Shown here piece by piece: positions 52,149-57,015 of a DNA stretch of 57,015 nucleotides. Each line of letters opens with the position of its first letter. The first letter of the stretch is position 1. Position numbers and translations under genes: made by a program. The notes under the pieces are model-generated. The model worked only from the letters and a program-made list of their open reading frames with translations, ran no database searches and was not told the DNA's origin. The DNA comes from Patescibacteria group bacterium (GTDB taxonomy: Bacteria > Patescibacteriota > Microgenomatia > Levybacterales > UBA12049). Where the stretch lies: assembly GCA_023485865.1 (NCBI GenBank), contig JAMCZC010000037.1:1-57015 (forward strand), read 5' to 3'.

Positions 52149-53740
52149 TGAAATTTCAAATCTCAAATTTCAAATCTCAAATCTACGAAAAAGGAGCGGT
52201 AATTCTAATTTTACTTTTGGCAGCGTTTTTAAGATTATATAGGATTTCCGACTATATGACTTTTTTGGGGGATGAGGGACGGGATGTTCTAACGGTTTAT
52301 GGAATTCTTCACGGTAAACTTACTCTTTTAGGTCCTACATCATCTGTAGGCGGATTTTTTCTAGGTCCTATTTATTACTATTTTATGGCACCCTTTTTAT
52401 GGCTTTTTAACTATAATCCTGTGGGGCCGGCCGTAATGGTAGCCCTGTTCGGAATTGCAACTGTTTTTCTGATATATAAAGTAACAAGCGAATTTTTTAA
52501 TCAAAAAGTTGCCTTAATTGCTGCACTTTTATATTCGATTTCACCAATAATAATTTCTTATTCGCGTTCTTCCTGGAATCCAAATCCTTTTCCATTTTTT
52601 TCTCTTTTGACAATATTTCTTATTTATAAGGGAAAAATAAAAAATAAAACGAGATATCTTTTTGTTGCCGGAATTTTATTTGGTATCTGCATGCAATTAC
52701 ATTATTTGGCTGTTTTCTTAGGGGTAATAATTTTAGCCTATACACTCTTAGCGAGTTTAATAAACGTAAAAGAAAAAATTTCAAAGTCAATAATAAAAGT
52801 ATTTAAAGACTATGTTTATATTTTTGCAGGTTTTGTCATCGGCTGGTCACCTTTTTTGGCATTTGAAATAAGACACGGATTTTTGGATTTTAAAAACATA
52901 TTTAATTTTGTACTTCATTCAGGAGATACCGGCGCGGGGTTAAATTTTTTTCAGACAATTTACGATGTATTTTTTAGGCTTTTTGGAAGACTTGTTTTTG
53001 CTTTTCCTCCCCCCGAACAATTTTATAACTATCCAAAAATAACCATAGAAATATGGACGCTGGCGATTTTACTGATTGCGGTTTTTTCTTGTTTTTTTCT
53101 TTTGGGTAGACTTTATAAGAATTTTAAAGATAAAGGCGACGATTTTAAAAAATACCTTTTGCTGTTTACCTGGGCCTTTTTTGGTATAGTGCTTTTCGGA
53201 TTTTATAAAAAGGCAATTTACGAATATTATTTTGCTTTTATGTTTCCTCTGCCGTTTATTTTAGTTGGCAACTTAATTTATGAGATTTATAGTCTCAAAA
53301 AGTTACAAATTATTGGCAAAGTTACCGCAATAGCTGTTTTTATAGTTATTTTTATACTCAATATTCAGGGAATTCCGTTTAGGTACGAACCGAATAGGCA
53401 ATTAAACCAGGCGAGAGCAATTGCAGATTTTGTAATGGTAAAAACAGATGCCAAGCCATTTAATTTTGCCTTAATATCGGGCGGGAATTCAGATCATGCG
53501 TATCGTTATTTCTTTACTATTTGGAAGCATCCCCCGGTTACAATTGAGGATGCGGCTCATGACCCTAAAAGAAAAACAGTCACAGATCAATTACTTGTAG
53601 TTTGCGAAAGCCCCCTTCCCTGTCAGCCTCTTGGCCATTCGTTATGGGAAATTGCAGGTTTTGGCAGGGCTGAAATAGCAGGGCACTGGAACGTATCGGT
53701 CGTTGAGGTTTACAAACTGGTTCATTATAAAGGAAAATAA
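52148..53740 (+). CDS. GT-C fold glycosyltransferase (ArnT/GT39/GT83-like) membrane protein
   Basis: I chose the ATG at 52148, which overlaps the upstream TAA (TAATG). The protein is polytopic. The first loop is FLGDEGRDVL (acidic motif). The N-terminus is encoded by a 14-nt tandem repeat. Confidence 0.65.
   Translation: MKFQISNFKSQIYEKGAVILILLLAAFLRLYRISDYMTFLGDEGRDVLTVYGILHGKLTLLGPTSSVGGFFLGPIYYYFMAPFLWLFNYNPVGPAVMVALFGIATVFLIYKVTSEFFNQKVALIAALLYSISPIIISYSRSSWNPNPFPFFSLLTIFLIYKGKIKNKTRYLFVAGILFGICMQLHYLAVFLGVIILAYTLLASLINVKEKISKSIIKVFKDYVYIFAGFVIGWSPFLAFEIRHGFLDFKNIFNFVLHSGDTGAGLNFFQTIYDVFFRLFGRLVFAFPPPEQFYNYPKITIEIWTLAILLIAVFSCFFLLGRLYKNFKDKGDDFKKYLLLFTWAFFGIVLFGFYKKAIYEYYFAFMFPLPFILVGNLIYEIYSLKKLQIIGKVTAIAVFIVIFILNIQGIPFRYEPNRQLNQARAIADFVMVKTDAKPFNFALISGGNSDHAYRYFFTIWKHPPVTIEDAAHDPKRKTVTDQLLVVCESPLPCQPLGHSLWEIAGFGRAEIAGHWNVSVVEVYKLVHYKGK
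52151..52185. repeat. 14-nt tandem repeat (AAATTTCAAATCTC x2.5), 7-nt sub-period, at the 5' end of the GT-C gene
   Basis: Exact copies lie at 52151-52164 and 52165-52178. The repeat encodes KFQISNFKSQIY. Confidence 0.8.
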
Positions 53741-53753
53741 TTTTACTTCATAA

Positions 53754-53800
53754 AAAACCCCGAATTATTTAGATTAACTATATAAAGCGGGGTTTTTCTT
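53754..53800. terminator. bidirectional terminator-like hairpin AAAACCCCG...CGGGGTTTT
   Basis: The arms lie at 53754-53762 and 53788-53796, with an A-run on one side and a T-run on the other. The loop is large (25 nt). Confidence 0.5.
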
Positions 53801-53814
53801 TTCTATTATTTCTT

Positions 53815-53968
53815 GAAGGATTATTGCCACGCCTGTCAAGCAGGCGAGCTCGTTGCCTAAGGCAACTGTGCTCCTTCGAAGGACCTCCAAGAATCCCACA
53901 ACCGCTTACCCACTTCGCTTTTCAATTCTATTCGAATACGCTTCGTGGAGCGCTTGGCGGGATAAAAA
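53815..53968 (-). ncRNA. candidate structured RNA or structured 3' UTR downstream of the DUF5679 gene (family not identified)
   Basis: About 52% GC by hand count (73/140 over 53821-53960), against an AT-rich background. At least four hairpins are present: CGCCTG-TCAAG-CAGGCG (53831-53847), GTTGCC-TAA-GGCAAC (53853-53867), the palindrome TCCTTCGAAGGA (53873-53884), and ACGCT-TCGTGG-AGCGC (53939-53954). AAGCG occurs 4 times on the minus strand. Confidence 0.4.
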
Positions 53969-54109
53969 TTAGCCTCCAATCTTGTACATTCCTGTACCAC
54001 AGACTGGGCATTTACCTTTGAGAGCGGGTTTACCATTTTTCATAGTAACCTTTACCGCATTTGCATCCTCTCTCTTCTGTCTGCATTTTACGCAATACAT
54101 TGATGCCAT
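53969..54109 (-). CDS. DUF5679-like small zinc-ribbon protein (46 aa; below the ORF-track length cutoff)
   Basis: MASMYCVKCRQKREDANAVKVTMKNGKPALKGKCPVCGTGMYKIGG has a CxxC...CxxC pattern with the VTMKNG core I associate with DUF5679. The SD GGGGGGTGA lies 8 nt upstream. Confidence 0.7.
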   Translation of the reverse strand: MASMYCVKCRQKREDANAVKVTMKNGKPALKGKCPVCGTGMYKIGG

Positions 54110-54149
54110 ATTATTTTTCACCCCCCTTCAGCCCGCTTAGCGGGCCAGG

Positions 54150-54467
54150 TCAATAAATTAATCCGTTTAAAGTTATTATGTGATTTTTTAAAATAAATAA
54201 AAGAATTAATTGAAAGGCAATTATAGATGCTGTCAGGATTGTTGTTTTTTGTAAATCCTTAGCTAAGTAAGACATATTGGTAAAGGCGCCGGCGGTTTGT
54301 TTCGTTTCGTTTAGATTTATTTGTGGGAGATTAAGAGTAGGAATAATGGGTTGTTGGCGATTTTCAATCTTTTTCTCAACGGGCGCGCTCTTTTTCTGCG
54401 AAGCATTTATTTGGCGTCTAAGATCGGCAATTATTTTTTGTTGACGAGTTTTTTTCTTCTTAGCCAT
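54150..54467 (-). CDS. hypothetical tail-anchored membrane protein with a poly-Lys N-terminus
   Basis: 105 aa starting MAKKKKTRQQK, with a C-terminal TM helix. Confidence 0.5.
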   Translation of the reverse strand: MAKKKKTRQQKIIADLRRQINASQKKSAPVEKKIENRQQPIIPTLNLPQINLNETKQTAGAFTNMSYLAKDLQKTTILTASIIAFQLILLFILKNHIITLNGLIY

Positions 54468-54478
54468 GCTAGAAGCCT

Positions 54479-54507
54479 AGATTACACTATTGACACGAGG
54501 CTGTCAA
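54479..54507 (-). promoter_or_regulatory. promoter TTGACA-N17-TAATCT for the 54467 gene
   Basis: On the minus strand, TTGACA is at 54507-54502 and TAATCT at 54484-54479. The ATG lies 11 nt downstream. Confidence 0.5.
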
Positions 54508-54518
54508 GAGGCTAATAT
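54490..54518 (+). promoter_or_regulatory. promoter TTGACA-N17-TAATAT for the 54531 gene
   Basis: TTGACA lies at 54490-54495 and TAATAT at 54513-54518. The two -35 boxes form the inverted repeat TTGACAcgaggcTGTCAA. Confidence 0.5.
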
Positions 54519-54530
54519 AAATAAATATCT

Positions 54531-54992
54531 ATGACGTTGGAGTTAGTACTTTTAGCTTTGGGAATTGTAACATTGTGGCTTTTGGTACTAACGGGTTTTT
54601 TTTGGAGAACTCTTTCGCACTATAATAAACTAACAAAAGGCGTAAGTGAAAAAAGTTTAAAAACAGTTCTTGAAAAACTACTAAAAGAGTCCGCATTAAC
54701 AGCAAAAGACATAGAATATTTAAAAGATTATTGTGTTAGAATTGAAAAGAACGGACTTTTACATATCCAAAAGGTAGGCTTAGTCCGTTTTAATCCTTTT
54801 AAAGATACGGGAGGGGACCAAAGCTTTGTTTTATCCTTAATTGACGGAAACGATACAGGGGTAATTATTTCCGGTCTTTACTCTCGTTCCGGAACAAGGT
54901 GGTATGCGAAAAGAGTTGCCGGAGGTAAGGGAGTAGAGCACGAATTAACAGAGGAAGAGAAAAAGGCTCTTAAAGAGGCAAGCTCAACTTAG
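54531..54992 (+). CDS. DUF4446 family protein
   Basis: 153 aa with an N-terminal TM helix. VGLVRFNPFKDTGGDQSFVLSLIDGNDTGVIISGLYSRSGTRWYAKRV is typical of DUF4446. Confidence 0.65.
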   Translation: MTLELVLLALGIVTLWLLVLTGFFWRTLSHYNKLTKGVSEKSLKTVLEKLLKESALTAKDIEYLKDYCVRIEKNGLLHIQKVGLVRFNPFKDTGGDQSFVLSLIDGNDTGVIISGLYSRSGTRWYAKRVAGGKGVEHELTEEEKKALKEASST

Positions 54993-54998
54993 ATAATT

Positions 54999-56174
54999 AT
55001 GAATAACAAGAAAATCTTAACAATTATTTTGGCAATTGGTATTTATTTTCTGGTAACAGGAGCGTCATATTTTCTTTTTTCAAGAACAATTTCTTCTCAA
55101 ACATTAACGTCTCCTTTACCAACACCTCAAGCCGGAGTTAACGGACAATTGACGTTTGACGACAATCTTCCAAAAACCCAAGAGTGTCCCTTAAATGGCA
55201 TTTTGTATTCTAAGCAACAGGAGGCGTGGTGGCAAAAACATAGACCTCTTGGGGTTATGGTTGAAAACCACGCAGACGCAAGGCCTCAGTCGGGGCTATC
55301 CGGAGCAGACGTAGTTTATGAAGCAGTCGCCGAAGGAGGAATAACAAGGTTCTTATCCATATTTTATTGTCAGGATGCGGGTGAAGTCGGACCGGTCCGC
55401 TCGGCCAGAACCTATTACATAGATTTTCTTTCAGAATATGGAAACTATCCTTTGTACGCTCACGTTGGAGGCGCAAATCAGCCGGGTCCGGCCGATGCCC
55501 TTTCTCAGCTTACAGATTACGGGTGGACAGGATATAACGACCTGAATCAATTCTCAATAGGCTTTCCAACTTTCTGGAGAGACTACGACAGGCTGGGTCA
55601 TACCGCGGCAACAGAACATACTATGTACTCAACAGTTAATAAGCTTTGGGATTACGCGGCAAAAAACAGGGATCTAACCAACGTAGATAAAAAGGGCAAA
55701 TCCTGGGATACAACATTCCTGCCTTATGAATTTACAGATGACGTTTCCGTTTCTTTACGTCCGGTAAGCCAGTCAATTCATTTAGAGTTTTGGGGGTCTG
55801 CCGGTTCGTCTTATTTTGTTGACTGGACGTATGACGCCAAGACAAATCTTTATAAGAGAGTCAATGGAGGAGCGGCTCATATAGATAGAGATAATAATAA
55901 GCAAATTGCCGCGAAAAACATTGTAGTTTTGTCAATGCTGGAGCTAAACGCAAACGACGGCTACGAAAACAATGTCCATCTTCTCTATAAAGATAAAGGA
56001 ACGGGTAAGGCAACAGTGTTTAAAGACGGTAAACAAATAAAAGGAACCTGGCAGAAAGACACGAGGACCGGAAGAACTATAATAAAGGATACAAGCGGCA
56101 ACCAGATTAAATTTGATAGAGGACTTATTTGGTTTGAAATCTTACCCACAGAAGGCGTGGTTACGGTAAAATAG
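54999..56174 (+). CDS. DUF3048 domain protein (YerB-like, membrane-anchored or secreted)
   Basis: 391 aa with RPLGVMVENHADARPQSGLSGADVVYEAVAEGGITRFLSIFY. Confidence 0.7.
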   Translation: MNNKKILTIILAIGIYFLVTGASYFLFSRTISSQTLTSPLPTPQAGVNGQLTFDDNLPKTQECPLNGILYSKQQEAWWQKHRPLGVMVENHADARPQSGLSGADVVYEAVAEGGITRFLSIFYCQDAGEVGPVRSARTYYIDFLSEYGNYPLYAHVGGANQPGPADALSQLTDYGWTGYNDLNQFSIGFPTFWRDYDRLGHTAATEHTMYSTVNKLWDYAAKNRDLTNVDKKGKSWDTTFLPYEFTDDVSVSLRPVSQSIHLEFWGSAGSSYFVDWTYDAKTNLYKRVNGGAAHIDRDNNKQIAAKNIVVLSMLELNANDGYENNVHLLYKDKGTGKATVFKDGKQIKGTWQKDTRTGRTIIKDTSGNQIKFDRGLIWFEILPTEGVVTVK

Positions 56175-56246
56175 TCACAAACTGATACTTGAAAATCATT
56201 TTAAATTTGATGTATATTAGTCCTCGTAACCTAAATAGAACAAATT

Positions 56247-56819
56247 ATGTTTTCAGATCTTATTACTTCTAAGTCCAGAATAAGACTTCTAAACGTTTTC
56301 CTAACGTCTCCATCTTCTATGTCCCACGTCAGAGAACTGGTTAGAAAAACCGGAGATGAGATAAACGCGGTAAGACGTGAACTGTCTTTCTTAGAAAAAA
56401 AAGGAATACTTTCAAGAGAGCCCCGTGCAAACAGAGTTTATTATTCTCTTAACAAGAGCTACCCTTTTTATTATGATCTTTTAAGGCTTGGCGCAAAAAG
56501 CATAGGCTTGGGAGAAGAAATTCTCAAAAATAGAGTAAAACTTGGAAAAATAAAATACGCAATGTTTTCGGGTAAATTTATTAGAAGGATGAAAAACGAA
56601 CCGGACGAGGTGGATCTTTTAATAGTCGGGACAGTTGTTCTGCCAGAATTGGCGCTTTTAATTAGGGAAGAAGAGAAAAAGCTGGAGACGGAAATAAATT
56701 ATACGGTTATGACGGAAGATGAATTTAATTTTAGAAAGAAAAAAAGAGATCCGTTTATTGTATCTATTCTTTCCGGTTCTCGCGTAATGCTAATAGGCGA
56801 TGAGGAGAGCATGCTTTAA
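56247..56819 (+). CDS. winged-helix (ArsR-like) DNA-binding protein with a C-terminal domain of unknown function
   Basis: 190 aa. SKSRIRLLNVFL...HVRELVRKTGDEINAVRRELSFLEKKGIL is a wHTH pattern. Confidence 0.5.
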   Translation: MFSDLITSKSRIRLLNVFLTSPSSMSHVRELVRKTGDEINAVRRELSFLEKKGILSREPRANRVYYSLNKSYPFYYDLLRLGAKSIGLGEEILKNRVKLGKIKYAMFSGKFIRRMKNEPDEVDLLIVGTVVLPELALLIREEEKKLETEINYTVMTEDEFNFRKKKRDPFIVSILSGSRVMLIGDEESML

Positions 56820-56900
56820 TGAGTCCCGTTAGAAAAAATATGTTTGAGTCATTAAATTTTAGTTTTAAATCTTACTTATTATGGAGGGTTTTCTAACGGG

Positions 56901-57015
56901 ATGAGAAAGAATCCGCGTCTTTTTTTTTGGTTTATTATCCTTCTTACGATTTTGGCTATTTTTATTAATGTCCCAAGCATCGGCACGTTATCAATTGGTT
57001 CATTTCATCAAAAAA
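56901..57015 (+). CDS. 5' fragment of a membrane protein (possibly SecD-like; continues beyond the window)
   Basis: MRKNPRLFFWFIILLTILAIFINVPSIG... The SD GGAGG lies 13 nt upstream. The SecD idea is only a guess from the N-terminal pattern. Confidence 0.35.
   Translation, partial: MRKNPRLFFWFIILLTILAIFINVPSIGTLSIGSFHQK

Noticed and set aside
53815-53968. Calling the GC-rich element an SRP (4.5S) RNA, a 5S rRNA or a tRNA.
   Set aside because: There is a local resemblance to the SRP helix-8 motif (AGGUCC...GGAGCA). However, I could not find the long complementary 5'/3' strands of 4.5S RNA. The 5S conserved loops are absent. The tRNA trial fold fails at the acceptor stem and at U33. It is kept only as an unassigned candidate RNA.
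53824-54021. A 65-aa plus-strand ORF over the GC-rich element.
   Set aside because: It starts at a TTG with no SD and runs antisense into the DUF5679 gene. The Arg/Leu/Pro-rich translation looks like a by-product of GC-rich structured sequence.
56840-56896. An 18-codon ORF (MFESLNFSFKSYLLWRVF) in the loop of the 56.8-kb hairpin.
   Set aside because: It has no SD or promoter evidence and lies in AT-rich spacer, so chance ORFs of this size are expected.
1-57015. A search for CRISPR arrays, rRNA genes, transposases or integrases, toxin-antitoxin pairs, restriction-modification genes, and other classic defence or mobile modules.
   Set aside because: I found no regularly spaced 25-40-nt repeats, no rRNA-like conserved blocks, and no ORF with recombinase, transposase, methyltransferase or nuclease-defence motifs. 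The only tandem repeats have 7/14-nt periods. Absence is judged by eye only.
1-57015. Alternative genetic code (UGA as sense).
   Set aside because: RF2 is encoded (36162-37166), several well-conserved genes end at TGA at the expected length (recA, tdh), and no conserved gene appears split at TGA.

Overview
This is an AT-rich (mid-30s % GC by eye), very gene-dense bacterial chromosome segment. All product calls rest on motifs I recognise in the supplied translations; I ran no searches.

Gene content: small housekeeping genes (recA-recX, RNase Y, HU, greA, serS, secA, prfB, ftsEX), the t6A genes tsaD/E/C/B, and several archaeal-flavoured enzymes. These are isopentenyl phosphate kinase, class I LysRS, a PPAT fused to DUF359 dephospho-CoA kinase, and a DUF5679 zinc ribbon. 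There are also many membrane-anchored hypotheticals and a nucleotide-sugar / GT2-GtrA / GT-C glycosylation block. This looks like a Candidate Phyla Radiation (Patescibacteria) genome, but the lineage is inference.

I support about 70 CDS, one tRNA-Pro(GGG) and an RNase P RNA on the minus strand. I see no rRNA, CRISPR array, transposase, integrase, or recognisable defence or prophage genes. RF2 is present and TGA is used as a stop, so this is the standard bacterial code.

The unusual signals are small-scale:
1. A family of 7-nt-period tandem repeats (often 14-nt x 2.5) sits in frame inside conserved genes (tsaD twice, tsaE, recX, a GT-C gene) and in the HU leader. A related 14-nt direct-repeat pair flanks a 77% GC core inside the UvrD-like helicase gene.
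2. Two mini-ORF plus mutually exclusive hairpin arrangements look like leader-peptide attenuators. One (MAKKKKKKK) lies before secA. The other lies before an orphan, higher-GC two-gene cassette (22667-23507) that I cannot assign to any family.
3. A recurrent extended -10 (TGnTAnAAT) sits exactly 6 nt before start codons, implying leaderless mRNAs. It coexists with a second gene class that has perfect AAGGAGGTGA Shine-Dalgarno sites.
4. An about 150-nt, about 52% GC multi-hairpin element lies downstream of the DUF5679 gene.
5. An about 110-nt AT-rich intergenic element is present twice.
6. A second, out-of-frame copy of the SecA C-terminal metal-binding motif overlaps the secA stop codon.
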